Below, piece after piece: positions 24,812 to 37,420 of a stretch of DNA of 50,555 bases (position 1 is its first letter; each line of letters begins with the position of its first letter). The stretch comes from Vicugna vicugna (lineage: Eukaryota). The notes under the pieces are model-generated. The model had not been told where the DNA came from and did no database searches. It worked only from the letters and a program-made list of their open reading frames with translations. A program made the position numbers and the translations under genes. Where the stretch lies: the NCBI GenBank assembly GCA_013265495.1, contig MU058781.1, positions 7,302,098 to 7,352,652 of the forward strand. Direction: 5' to 3'.

Positions 24812-25174
24812 CGTGCATACATATTATTTTTCCTTATAGGTTACTACAAGATATTGAATATGTGCTATATTATAGTAAGACTTTATTATTTATTTTATAT
24901 AGAATAGTTTATATCTGCTAATCCCGAACTCGTAATTTATCCCTTCCCTCCCCACTTTCCCCTTTGGTAACCATAAGTTTGTTTTCTATATCAGTGAGTC
25001 TATTTCTGTTTTGTAAATGAGTTCACTTATCTCATTTTGTTTAGATTCCATATATAAGTGATAGCATATGATTGTCTTTCTCTGACTTTCTTCAGTTAGT
25101 ATGGTAATATCTAAGTCCATCCATGTTGCTGCAAATGGCATTATTTCATGCTTTTTATGGCTGAGTAGTATTCC

Positions 25175-25208
<34 letters not shown>

Positions 25209-28200
25209 TGTATACACACACCACATCTTTAGTCAATCATCTGTTGATAGACATTTAGGTTGCTTCCATGTCTTGGCTATTTTAAATAACGCTGCTATGA
25301 ACATTGGGATGCATGTATCTTTTATTTTTTTATTGAGTTATAGTCATTTTACAACGTTGTGTCGAATTCCAGTGTAGAGCACAATTCCTCAGCCATACGT
25401 GAACATACACATATTCTTTTTTTGCTGTGAGCTACCACAAGATCTTGTATATATTTCCCTGTGCTATACAGTATAATCTTGTTTATCTATTCTACATATA
25501 CCTGTCAGTATCTACAAATTTTGAAATCCCAGTCTGTCCCTTCCCACCCCCCACCCCCTTGGCAACCACAAGTTTGTATTCTGTGTCTATGAGTCTGTTT
25601 CTGTTTTGTATTTACGTTTTTTTTTTTTAAAGATTCCACATATGAGCAATCTCATATGGCATTTTTCTTTGTTTCTGGCTCACTTCACTTAGAATGACAT
25701 TCTCCAGGGACATCCATGTTGCTGCAAATGGTGTTATGTGGTCATTTTTTATGGCTGAATAGTATTCCATTGTATAAATATACCACCACTTCTTTATCCA
25801 GTCATCTGTTGATGGACATTTAGGCTGTTTCCATGTCTTAGCTATTGTAAATAGTGCTGCTATGAACATTGGGGTGCAGGTGTCTTTTTGAAGTAGGGAT
25901 CCTTCTGAATATATGCCCAGGAGTGGGATTCCTGGGTCATATGGTAAGTCTATTCCTAATCTTTTGAGGAATCTCCATACTGTTTTCCACAGTGGCTGCA
26001 CCAAACTGCATTCCCACCAGCAGTGTAGGAGGGTCCCCTTTTCTCCACAACCTGCCCAGCATTTGTCATTTGTGGGCTTTTGAATGAGGGTCATTCTGAC
26101 TGGTGTGAGGTGATACCTCATTGTAGTTTTGATTTGCATTTCTCTGATAATTAGTGATACCGAGCATTTTTTCATCTGCCTATTGAACATTTGTATGTCT
26201 TCCTTGGAGAATTGCTTGATTAGGTCTTCTGCCTATTTTTGGATTGGATTGCTTGTTTTTTTCTTATTAAGTCATATGAGCTGCTTATATATTCTGGAGA
26301 TCAAGCCTTTGTCGGTTTCATCATTTGCAAAAATTCTTTCCCATTCTGTAGGTTGTCTTTTTGTTTTACTTATGGTTTCCTTTGCTGTGCAGAAGCTTCT
26401 AAGTTTAATTAGGTCCCATTTGTTTATTCTTGCTTTTATTTCTATTGCTTGAGTAGACTGTTCTAGGAGAACATTTTTGAGATGTATGTCAGATAATGTT
26501 TTGCCTGTATTTTCCTCTAGGAGGTTTATTATATCTTGTCTTATGTTTAAGTCTTTGATCCATTTTGAGTTTATTTTTGTGTATGGTGTAAGGGAGTGTT
26601 CTAGCTTCATTGCTTTACATGCTGCTGTCCAGTTTTCCCAACACCATTAGTTGAAGAGACTGTCTTTATTCCACTGTATATTCTTGCCTTCTTTGTTGAA
26701 GATGAGTTGACCAAAAGTTTGTGGGTTCATTTCTGGGCTGTCTATTCTGTTCCATTGGTCTGTATGTCTGTTTTTGTACCAATACCATGCTGTCTTGGTG
26801 ACTGTAACTCTATAGCATTGTCTGAAGTCTGGGAGAGTTATTCCTCCAGCCTCTTTCTTTCTCTTCAGTAATGCTTTGGCAATTCTAGGTCTTTTGTGGT
26901 TCCATATAAATTTTATTATGATTTGTTCTAGTTCTGTGAAATATGTCCTGGGTAATTGGATAGAGATTGCATTAAATCTGTAGATTGCCTTGGGCAGTGT
27001 GACCATTTTAGCAATATTGATTCTTCCAATCCAAGAACATGGGCTATCTTTCCATTTCTTAAAGTCTTTAATTTCCTTCATCAATGGTTCATAGTTTTCC
27101 GTGTATAAGCCTTTCACCTCCTTGGTTAGATTTATTCCTAGGTATTTTATTACTTTGGGTGCTATTTTAAAGGGGATTGTTTCTTTACTTTCTTTTTCTG
27201 TTGATTCATCTTTAGTGTAAAGAAATGCAACTGATTTTTGAACGTTAATCTTGTAACCTGCTGCCTTGCTGAATTCTTCAATTAGCTCTAGTAGTTTTTA
27301 TGTAGACCTTTTAGGATTTTCTATATATAGTATCATGCCATCTGCATATAGTGACACTTTTATTGCCTCTTCTTTTCCAATTTGGATACCTTTTTTTTCT
27401 CTCTCTTGCCTGATTGCTGTGGCTAGGACTTCCAAGACTATGTTGAATAGGAATGGTGATAGTGGGCAGCCTTGTCTTGTCTCAGTGGGAAGGTTTTAGT
27501 TTTTCACCATTGCGTTCGATGCTGGCTGTAGGTTTGTCATGTGTAGCTTTTATTATTTTGAGATATGTTCCCTCTATACCCACTTTGGTGAAAGTTTTTA
27601 TCATAAATGGGTGTTGAATTTTATCAAATGCTTTTCTGCATCTATTGAGAAGATCATGTGGTTTTTGTCCTTTCTCTTCTTGATGTGATGTATTACATTT
27701 ACTGATTTGCATTATGTTGAACCTTGGCTATTTTAAATAGTTTTGCTATGAACACTGGGATGCATGTATCTTTTTGAGTTAGAGTTTCCTGTGGATGTAT
27801 GCCCAGGAGTGGGATTGCTGGATCATGTGTTAACTCTAATTTTAGTTTTTAAAGGAGTCGCCATACTGTTTTCCACAATGTTTGCACCAAATTACATTCC
27901 TACCAACAGTGTATGGCGGTTCTTTTCCTCCCCACCCTCTTCAGCATTTATTGTTTATGAAATTCTTAATGATGGCCATTCTGACTGGTATGAGGTGATA
28001 ACTTCATTATAGTTTTGATTTGCATTTCTCTGATAATTAGCAATATTGAGCATATTTTCATTAGCCTATTGGCCATCTGAATGTCTTCATTGGAGAAATG
28101 TCTGTTTAGGTCATCTGCCCATTTTTTAATTGGGTTTGTTTTTTGTTATTGAGTTGTATGAGCTGTTTGTATATTCTAGAAATCAAACCCTTGTCAGTCA

Positions 28201-28258
28201 AATCATTTGCAAGTATTTCCTCCTAGTCCATAGGTTGTCTTTTCATTCTGTTTATGGT
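24712..28258 (-). mobile_element. Older L1 3' end (outer; 24712-25323 and 27723-28258), interrupted by a young L1; contains (TA)n(TG)n at 24781-24812 and (TG)n at ~25177-25205
   Basis: T-tail and 3'UTR at left, then the ORF2 end (ORF 24986..25219, IMPFAATWMDL). The sequence resumes collinearly at 27723. Confidence 0.88.
25324..27722 (-). mobile_element. Young 5'-truncated LINE-1 (~2.4 kb), same subfamily as 1313-3282
   Basis: ORF2 ORFs 25627..26190 (CCHC motif [18 protein letters not shown]), 26272..26610, 26647..27117 and 27482..27712 ([12 protein letters not shown]), broken by stops and frameshifts. Closely similar to 1313-3282. Confidence 0.96.
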
Positions 28259-28334
28259 AAAACATCTCTTTTGAAATAACACTTGGAGTTTGTATAATAT
28301 TCTTAAAAATATTTCTATTGTGGTAAAATATATG

Positions 28335-29088
28335 TGTTATAGACTGAATATTTGTGTTCCCCCCCCTTCATATGTTAAAATCTAACCCAGGAGGGTTATC
28401 AGTAGGTGGGACTTTGGAAGATGATTAAATCATAAAGGTGGAGCCCTTATGAATGGGATTACATTCCTTTAAAAAGATGACCCCCAGTTATAAATAATAA
28501 GTAGTTCATTTGCATCATCATCATCATCATTATTATTATTATTATTATTTAGATTCCTCATGTAAATGATGTCATGTGGCATTTTTCTTTCTCTTTCTGG
28601 CCCACTTCACTTAGAATAACAGTCTTCAGGTCCATCCATATTGCTACAAATGGCATTTTTTTATTCTTTTTTTATGGCTGAGTAGTGTTCCATTGTATAT
28701 ATATGTACCACATCTTCTTTATCCAGTCATCTGTTGATGGACATTTGGGCTGTTTACATGTCTTGGCTATCATAAATAGTGCTGCTGTGAACATTGGGTT
28801 GCATGTGTCTTTTTGAATTTTATTTTTCTCTGGTTATATACCCAGGAGTAGGATTGCTGGATCACATGGTAAGTCTATTTCCAGTTTTTTAAGGAACCTT
28901 CATACTCCATTCCTTGCCCCTTCCACCATGAAGGGGACAAAGCAAGAAGAGGGCCATCCTTACCAGACACTGAATCTGCTGTTGCCTTGGTTTTGACACC
29001 TCAGCATCCAGAACTATGAAAATAGACTTGTGTTGTTTATTAGCCATCCAGCTCATGCTCTTTCTTAAGAGCAGCCAGAACTAAGAAA
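28335..29088 (+). mobile_element. MaLR solo LTR (MLT1A-like), interrupted by an L1 piece at 28488-28906
   Basis: tgttatagactgaatatttgtg...ggtggagcccttatgaatgggatta | ccttccaccatg...ccagacactgaatctgctg...actaagaaa; 5-bp TSD atatg/atagg. Confidence 0.85.
28488..28906 (-). mobile_element. L1 fragment (ORF2 end and start of 3'UTR), no poly(A), no TSD; includes a (CAT)n(TAT)n run
   Basis: Antisense L1 blocks ttagattcctcat...ccagtcatctgttgatggacattt...aggaaccttcatact, bounded by contiguous MLT1A sequence. Confidence 0.85.
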
Positions 29089-30029
29089 ATAGGTAATGTA
29101 ATATTTATCATCTTAACCCATCTATACATTTTTAAGTGTATAGTTTAATAACATTTAAAGTATATTCTCATTGTTTTGCAACTATCACCATCATCCATCT
29201 TCAGGACTCTTTGTACCTTCAGAACTGAAACTCTGTAACCATTAAATAATAACTCCACATTCCCTCTCCTCTCAGTGCCAGTAACCTTTAATACATGTTC
29301 TGTCTCTATGAATTTGACTACTCTAGGTATTTCATAGAAGTAGAATCATACAGTATTTGTGCTTTTGTGACTGGCTTATTTCAATTAGCATAATATCCTC
29401 AAGGCTCATCCATGTTATAACTTATGTTAGAGTTTTCTTCCTTTTTAAAGCTGCATAATATTCCATTGTATGTATATACTGTACTTTGTTTATCCATTTA
29501 TCCATTGGTGGTCACCTAGATGTGTCTACCTTTTGGCTATTTTGAATAAGTCTGCTATGAACATGGGTTTATAAATATTTCTTTGACTCTTGACTTTTAC
29601 TTGCTTTGGGTATGTATCTAGAAGTAGAATTGCTGGATCATATGGTAATTTCATTTTTTTTATTTTTGAGGAAACTCCTTACTGTTTTCCATAGTGGTTT
29701 GCCATCTTACGTTTCTGCCAGTAGTACACAGGTTTCCAATTTCTTTACACCCTTGCCTTATTTTCTTATTTTCTATGTTTTTGATAGTAGCCATTCTAGT
29801 AGGTATGACAGAGATTGTATAATGTTCTTTTGATTATCTGCAGTTATTTTTGTCTTTTGAAGGTAGCTTTCATGATTGTAACAAGTGGTTGATCATTGGT
29901 AGCCAATTTATTGAATAATATGACAAAATGTGACTATATAGTAATGAAACCTTTGAAAGATTCAACTCATATACTATTTGATAAGAATCAAAAACTATTT
30001 CAAATCATGCTTCTTTCCTAACTCACCTC

Positions 30030-31715
30030 TGGTTTCCTTCCTGATTAAATCTGAATGAAAGCTATTGGGTAGGGCTGAGCAAGACAGGCATGCACATCTG
30101 GGGGCATTGGGGAATGGCAGCCTGGCATGGGTGTCAGACCCTGCATGTGTTGAGGAGTGCACCATGCAAAGGGTGTGACAGGTAGAGGCCCAGTTCAGGA
30201 CAGTGTCATCCAAACAGCACGGAGAAGGCATCTACATGGTGGCAGCCCAGATTAGAGTGTTGGAGGCCAAGCAGGTAAGGAGGATAAATTGGCAGTAGTG
30301 GCCATGATGGGAGATTGGCCACATTTAAAGGGGATCGATCCAATAAATGAGTATGTTTTGAGGATAATGAAAGTCAGTTGCTCTCAGGGAAAGTCAGAGA
30401 AAGGAGTACAAATTTGGAAGGGGGGAAATGGAAATGAATCCTGTAAGCTTGGCTTGTAATTGGTGGTATCTGTGTGAACTCACACTTTTCAATGTATGTG
30501 ACTAGTGATAGAAATAAATACAGATGTGAACATGGATGGGAGGCTCTGTCCACTGAGAAGCCTTGTTACAGCGACAACCTAATAATAGGAGCACACCCAG
30601 TGCCTCAGTCATGGCTTGTAAATTCCTTTCTCCACCCTAAGGAACCAGAACTCTCTAGAGAAATGACAGATTTCAGGGTGTGGGCAGGGAAAGTATAAGA
30701 CGATCTTGGAATATTTTGTTGTACCAGAAAGTAAAGAAGTGTTTAAAGAATGATAGCAGCATATCAAAAGGTAATGAAAACCACCTTGAAAGGGCTCCCA
30801 TGGCCAAGACTGGGACAATTCGAGCAACAACAACAAAAAAAAATGACAGTGAAAGATTATAAACAGTTGAATAAAATAAATGTCTTTGAGTCCATACTGA
30901 TATAAATAAGAGAATAACAAATGAGGAGAAGAAAAGCTTTTTTTGGCCATAGAAAGCCAATTAATACATGTAGGGGAAATGATGGTATTAGAAAATCATC
31001 ACTTGGCAATTATCATAGTGATAATTAATTCAATCAAGAAATGTCAGTGGAGGCTGAAACTAAAGGGTGAAAGTTTGATGAGGAACTGGATATTCACAGA
31101 CTCAGAGTACCTCTCCACACATCCTTTTTACTCACAGTGGGAAAATAGAAACTTAACAATAGAGAAACCTGGCAGACAAAACCTGAGGCAAAAGATCAGA
31201 GTTAACATCACCAGTAATAAAACACAGCAACATCAGGTGCCACGTTAGGATGTAGTGAGAAGAATCCAGCATCACTTCTGTGCTGTTCTTGCCCTGAATC
31301 TAATCATGGGGAAACTTCTGACAAACTAAAAGATATTCCACAAATTAACTGGGCTATAATTTTCAAGTATCAAGGACTTGAAAGTCAAGAAAACACTGAG
31401 GGACTACTCCAAATTGAGGATGACTAAAAAAGACATGGCAACTAAATGTGCTTTATTTATGTGGGTGGAACTTTTTCTAGGAAGAGCAATATTAGGACAA
31501 TAAGCTACTGGATTGGAGTCTGTGGATTAGATGGAAGTAAACATAACAATGTTAACTTACCTTTGGTGGTTGTATTGTGGTTATGCAGGAGAATATCCTT
31601 ATTTGTGTTCGGGGTAATGGAGCATTATGTCAACAAGTTACCCTTAAACAGTTCAGGAAAAAAGTTATTTGCACCATTCTTATAAAAATTATTTCAAAAA
31701 TTAAAAATAAATATA
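30030..31715 (+). mobile_element. L1MC4-like 3'UTR
   Basis: aggaaccagaactctctagagaaatg...gtaccagaaagtaaagaagtg...ctcccatggccaagactgggacaatt, ending aaattatttcaaaaattaaaaa. Confidence 0.75.
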
Positions 31716-31889
31716 TGAAAGTGGAAAAATAAAATGGTGGTAACTTCATTGGAAGATGAAGTCTCTTATGGTGATTTGTTTGAAGGAAATAACATTCAGA
31801 ATATAACTTTTCAGATGTCCTTACCTGTATTCAAATGTCACTCTTCACTCTTGATTTTCGAGATATCAGTAGCTGTGGAGAAAAAACGT

Positions 31890-32421
31890 GGATAAAATAA
31901 ATCAAGGACATGTTAAATGAAAACACAACAAGATCATCAGTAACAAATCATAATCTCAGGTACCTCTGATACGATGCAATGAGAATGACAGTTCCCTCTA
32001 ATGGGAACTGTCCCCAAACTTATAGTCCAAGTCTCACCATGAGAAAACATCAGCAAACACAAACTGAGGGACATTCTACAGAATGTCTGACCAGAATCCT
32101 TGAACGTGTCAAGGTCATGAAAAACAAGGAAAGACTGAGAAACCCAGATTGGAGAAGATGCAGGAGACATGATCCCTAAATGTGGTGTGATGTCCTGGAT
32201 AAGACCCCAGAACCAAAGAAGAACATTAGTGGAAGAACTGGTGAAATCCAAATAAAACCTGCAGTTCAGTTAATAGTGTTGTGCTGATGTTGAATTCATT
32301 TGCCACGGCTATGTGAAGTGTGAACCTCAGGGAGGCTGGGTGCAGCGTGTGTGGGAATTCTCTGTACTCCCTTTGTAACTCTTCTGTAGTCTAAAATTAT
32401 TCCAAAGTAAAAGGTAAGAAA
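31890..32421 (+). mobile_element. L1MD/L1MC-like 3' end
   Basis: aaactgagggacattctacagaat...gtcaaggtcatgaaaaacaaggaaagactgagaaac...tctaaaattattccaaagtaaaa. Confidence 0.8.
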
Positions 32422-33581
32422 TATGTATATGCCAACCAGAAACAAAGGTATGGAAAGTATTTCATCTTTATTCTCTTTAAAATGTTAATAAAGTACCGAT
32501 GGACTATATTTGTATTATTTAACCAGCCAAAAATGCATGTGGCCCTACTATTTTAACCCACAATGACAAAAAAGCTATACAGATGGACCCAGTTTGTAAC
32601 CAGAAATTAAACAAACTTAGGCTTGTCTTATTTCTGAAGATCTAGAACAGATCAGACATATATGTTCTACACCGACCTCAGCTGTCTTTTCTTTTGGGGT
32701 TAAATGTACAGAGTTCTGCCTCCTCTTCCATTGTTTTCTCTCCTTCCTCTGGACCCTTGCTTCATCCTGCTGCTGCCTTCTGCATTCAAACAGGCAGCTC
32801 CAGTTAACTCTGGGTTTTCACATTGTTTAGACTCATAAAACAAATAAACCACATAAACATATCTCTTCCTAATTAATGGTTTGTTTTTCATAGCGTGACT
32901 GTGAGGTATATTACCATTCCAGAAGATCTCTTTTAGGAGTAAGAATAAGAGAAAGGAAGGAATTGAAGGCAATAGAAAATTCCATCCCGCTTTGAATCTG
33001 CATTTCCTTGCTGGGTAGGGGTTGGCCTGGTATTGAGGAGAAATTCTATTAAGAATGAGAGGAATTAGAATTGGGATTTTATTTTCTAATATAAAAACAA
33101 CAGCAACAACAAAACCAATGTGTACCCTCAATCAAGGGAAGCAAGTAGAATCAAAGAAACCAAATTAACAAAAACAAACAAAATAACAGAGAAAACAGCT
33201 CTGGAAAGCTGAAATCTAAGAAGCCTGGAAGGAAGTGGGGAAGGATGTGGGGCTGGGGTATGCTCAGTCAAGCTGGCTCGCACACATTGCTGGAGGCAGG
33301 TAAGATCACTCTGATTTTTGGAAAGCAACTTGAAAATGTGTACCAAAAGCCATTACTGTTTGAACCTTTTACCTCAATCATTCCACATCTGTGAGAGTAG
33401 TCTAATTAAATACTAATTCAAAATATGGAGAAATAAATCTGTTGTTATATGATTCATAATTGTGAAAACAATGGAGATAACTTAAAAGATTCATTAAAAA
33501 GGAAAGGACACAATAAACCCAATGGCATGTTATGAAGGGTGGTAATTGTGAAGGAAAAAACTTAGAGACATGGAAGAATGA

Positions 33582-33908
33582 CTATCTAGTATGGTTGCCA
33601 CTAAGCTTTGAGCTCTGGAGATGGGGCTCGTCCAAACTAAGATGTGCCACGCGAGTAAAATAGATGTCAGATTTTGAAGACTTGGTGTGGAAAAAGAGTA
33701 ACATACTTCGTTAAAAATTACAATAATTACTAACAATTATAAACATAATTTATTAATAATAAAAATAGTTAATTATTTTTATGTTGAAATGACAGTATTT
33801 TAGGTGTATTGGGTTAAAATATAGCAATAAAATCAATTTTACTCATTTCTTGGAAACTTTGCATTGGTATATGTAGCTTGCAGTATGTTGCCATTGAAAA
33901 ATACTTGT
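33582..33908. mobile_element. MER33-like hAT-Charlie element within an old L1ME remnant (~33250-34200)
   Basis: gtccaaactaagatgtgc...cagattttgaagacttggt...atgttgaaatgacagtattttaggtgtattgggttaaaata. Confidence 0.7.
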
Positions 33909-34904
33909 CTAGAGCCCCTTGAAGATAGGGTTTAATTCTCGGTTATATAGCCACATGTCTAGAAGACCATATGGCTCATAGTTTGGGTGCATTAAATTTT
34001 TGTTAGCCGCCTGATCATAATATTTACTTTCAAAAAGATATGCAATTGCATGTATGTTAAGCTTACTACTATAAATTATTCATATAAAAAGAAAGAAAGG
34101 TAATACACAAAATTGAAGAAGTTGGTTGTGTTGAGATGGTGTGATTATAGGCAACTTGTTCTATTTTTGAAACTTTCTGTGGAATAATTTTCTTTCCATA
34201 ATTTAAAGAGTTTTCTTCCTTTTTTAGTTAAAGAATGAAGGCAGAAATTGTGTTTTTTGTTTTCTTGTTTATTTGTTTGATTGTTTTTTGTTTGCTGTGG
34301 GAAGAGAAAGATGTACACATAAACAAAATCTTCAAACACACCGCTGTGGCTGATCCCAATGCCTTTCTGATGTGAAGAAGGATGTCTTTTGTGGGACTTG
34401 GCGGAGCGGTCTGATGCTTGAGAGCTGCAGTGCTCCATGGTTCACAGAAGCCTTTTCTTGGTGTTGAGTAGTAATCTCTTTGGCCCAGAGCAAGTAAGGA
34501 AGATTTTATTATCTCTAGCTTCTGCAAGGAGCTGCAGTTATTTCTCAAGGTCAGGTCAGGGAGCATCCTGAGGATGAGTAATAACGGTCCTCTGAGGGCT
34601 TTCGATCCTGGCAACGGTTTAGAACCATGTAAAGCTGATAATAAAATAATTCCAAAATAAATAAACAGTGGGTACATAAGTGCCCTCGGAGATCAGTAAA
34701 TCTGAGCGCACGAGCTGCCAGTGCAAGGAGCAGATAAAACCTTTTCCTTCTAATGTCCTGATGCGTTAAGGAGGATGCCAGCACCATTTCATGGTTTTAG
34801 GGAAAAAAAGAAAAAGAAAAAAGAAAAGCAAAGTGGCTCTCACAAGAAGGCTAATAAATGAAGTTCCCAACCATTAAAAAAAATTCTAGACTGTGACAGA
34901 TTTT

Positions 34905-35800
34905 CGTTGTTTCAACAGATATTTGTTGGATCCCCTACTGTATGCTAGGAATGGTTTTCAAGGCTGAAGATAAAGCAGTAAACAGTGCTTACAAAATTCC
35001 TTACCTTCATGGTATTTACATTCTTGTGGGATAAATTAAGGCAATAAACATATATAATTTAATATGTATCATGTTAGATGGCTGTAAGTACTAAGGAGAA
35101 AAATAATGTGAGAAATGAGGGCAAGAGACAGCTGTGGGAGAAGCGGCTGAAATTTTATACTAGTGGCGAGGGAAGGCTTCTGAGTAGGGGGTGTTTGAGT
35201 AAAGAAGGGCCTGAAGGAGGTTTAAGAATAAAACATGTAGATTTTTGGTAGGAAAATATCTCAAGAAAGGGAAGAGCAACTGCTAGGGCCCTGAAGCAAC
35301 AAGGAGCTTACCTGGCATATTTGAGGAACAGCAACAACAACAAAGCCAGTGAGGCTACAGCAGAGAGAAGCCTAGGGAAGGGAGTGGAAGGTGAAGTCAG
35401 AGCTGTGCTGTGGGGTCAGACGGTGCAGTCTTCCAGCTCAGGGGAAGGACTTTGGCTTTTACTCTGAGTGAAATGGGAAGACGTTGTAGGATACTGAGCC
35501 ACAGAAATGAGATTTTGACTTACACTTACCAGGATCTTGCTTCAGGGAAATCAGCTTAGAGGCTTGTGCAATAAGACAGAAATTAATTATGGAATTATGG
35601 TATCTTGTATCAAGTGGTCATTCTGGCAAATATAAGTGGTCATCTTCTGCATGTATCTTAAAGACAGATCTGATGGGTTTTGTTGACTTACTGGATATAG
35701 GATACAAAAGAAGTAGAGGAATTGATGATGCTGCTAGAATTTTTGGCCCAAGCAAATAGGAGGATGGATTTTTGCCATTTATTGAAATAGGGAGGATAGA
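34905..35800 (-). mobile_element. L2 (L2a-like) 3' region
   Basis: ttcaacagatatttgttgga...ctactgtatgctagg...aaggactttggcttttactctgagtgaaatgggaag. Confidence 0.85.
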
Positions 35801-35971
35801 CTTCTTTAAATTAAAGATAAATATATTGTAAACTCTAGGGCAACCAGCAAAAAGCTGTAACAATAAGCCAATAGTGGAGATAAGATAGAAAAATTAAAAT
35901 GCCTAATCAAAATTGTTTTCCTGTTATTCCTCCATGCCTTTTCATGATCTATTCCAAACAGCAAGGAGAGT

Positions 35972-36693
35972 ATTTTTTTTAATTTATCATTTTAACAACT
36001 CTTAAATGTACAGTTCACTAGTGTTAGGTTCATTCATGTTGTAACATGGCAAACATGTTTTGCCTTCCTTTTTAAGGCTGAATAATATTCCATTGTATAT
36101 ATGTACCACATACTTGTTTATTTATTGATATGTTGATGGACATTTGGATTGCTTCCACCTTTACGCTGTTGTGAGTACTGCTGCTATGAGCACGGGTGCA
36201 TAATCTCTCTTTGAGACCCTGATTTGAGCTCTTTGAGTTGTTTACCCACAAGTGGAATTGCTGGATTAGATAATAATTTGTATAATTTTTTTGAGAAAAC
36301 TCTGTACTGTTTTCCACGGCAGCTGTACCATCTTACATTTTCACCAACAGTGCACAAGGGTTCTAACTTCTTCACATCCTCCCCAGTGCTCATTATTTTT
36401 TGGCTTTTTTTGATGGTAGCCAAATGACAGTTGTGAGGTGGTATCTCATCGTGGGTTTGATTTACTTTTCCCCGATGATCAGTGATGTTCATGTGCTTGT
36501 TGGTCATTTGTTTATCTTCTTTGGAGAAATGTCTGTTCAAGTCTTTTGCCCATCTTTAATACAGTTGTTTGTTTTTGTTGTTGAATTATTCTTTATATAT
36601 TCTGGGTATTAACCCCTCGTCAGATATATGATTTATAAAGATTTTCTTCCATTCTGTGGGTTGCCTTTCACTCTGTTGTGTCCTTTGGTGCAA
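35972..36693 (-). mobile_element. L1MB/L1MA-like 3' end
   Basis: ORF2 C-terminal remnant in ORF 36184..36540 (MNRHFSKED..., [19 protein letters not shown]) and a T-tail at left. Confidence 0.85.
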
Positions 36694-36739
36694 CAGTGAC
36701 TTTTTGAATTCAGAGTAGCTTACTTTTATCGCAGCTAAA

Positions 36740-37420
36740 CTTCATAGCTTTGCATTTTTTCATCCCTGGCTAGAATGCCCCCCTACCTTCCTCTGTTTGG
36801 GTAACTGCAGTACTTCCTCAAAGAGAGTATGTTTTAATAAGCACATATGCTTTGTCCATTCTCTACTTTTAAACTCTGCATTCTGTGTTTCAAGGTCTCG
36901 CTTTGTGACTGTTCAGCCGCGTCTCAAGCTGTTGCATTCGCCCTGACTATGTTGCATTCTGTTGACCTTCTTTTGTTTCCTCTTAGTGCCAAACTCCTCC
37001 CTGAATCAGAGCATTCACAGTTGATGTTCTCCCTGTCAGGAATGCTCCCTCTCAACCTCTTTATCTGCCAAATTCTCATCCCCCTTCAAGTTTAAATTTA
37101 CATGTTAATTTCCTCAGGGAAGTTTTCCTTCACCCTAGGGACTTAAATCAAGTTAGAGTGTTAAATAGTTTCTCAGGACTCTATAATTGTCCTTCAAAAC
37201 ATTTATTAAAATTGTAATTATTTATTTATTATTTTAGGGTCTCTTGACAATGGCATCTGCCTAGTTCTGACCATTCTAATTATTCCTTTTTGTTCTGAAT
37301 CTTAATCTTTAACCTTAATAAAAGTAAAGGCCTTGTCTCGCTTGTTTAACTTATAGCCCAGTGTCTTGCATAGTGCCTGACACAGAGTAGGAGATCAGTT
37401 AATAGAATAAATGAAAGAAG
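36740..37420 (+). mobile_element. L2 3' remnant
   Basis: Ends catagtgcctgacacagagtaggagatcagttaata...aataaatgaa. Confidence 0.65.

Larger units (their letters stand above)
28305..29808 (-). mobile_element. L1MB-like 3' end, interrupted by an MLT1A-like LTR at 28335-29088
   Basis: Tail tttctattgtggtaaaatatatg continues at 29089 into tgtctctatgaatttgactactctagg...gtagaattgctggatcatatggtaatt. Confidence 0.8.

Noticed and set aside
25627..27712. Reverse-transcriptase-like ORFs as a novel retroelement system or active gene
   Set aside because: Ordinary L1 ORF2, 5'-truncated and broken by stops and frameshifts.
34778..34792. ccagcaccatttc resembling mature miR-29
   Set aside because: Only ~10 nt match; the rest of the mature sequence and the hairpin arm are absent.
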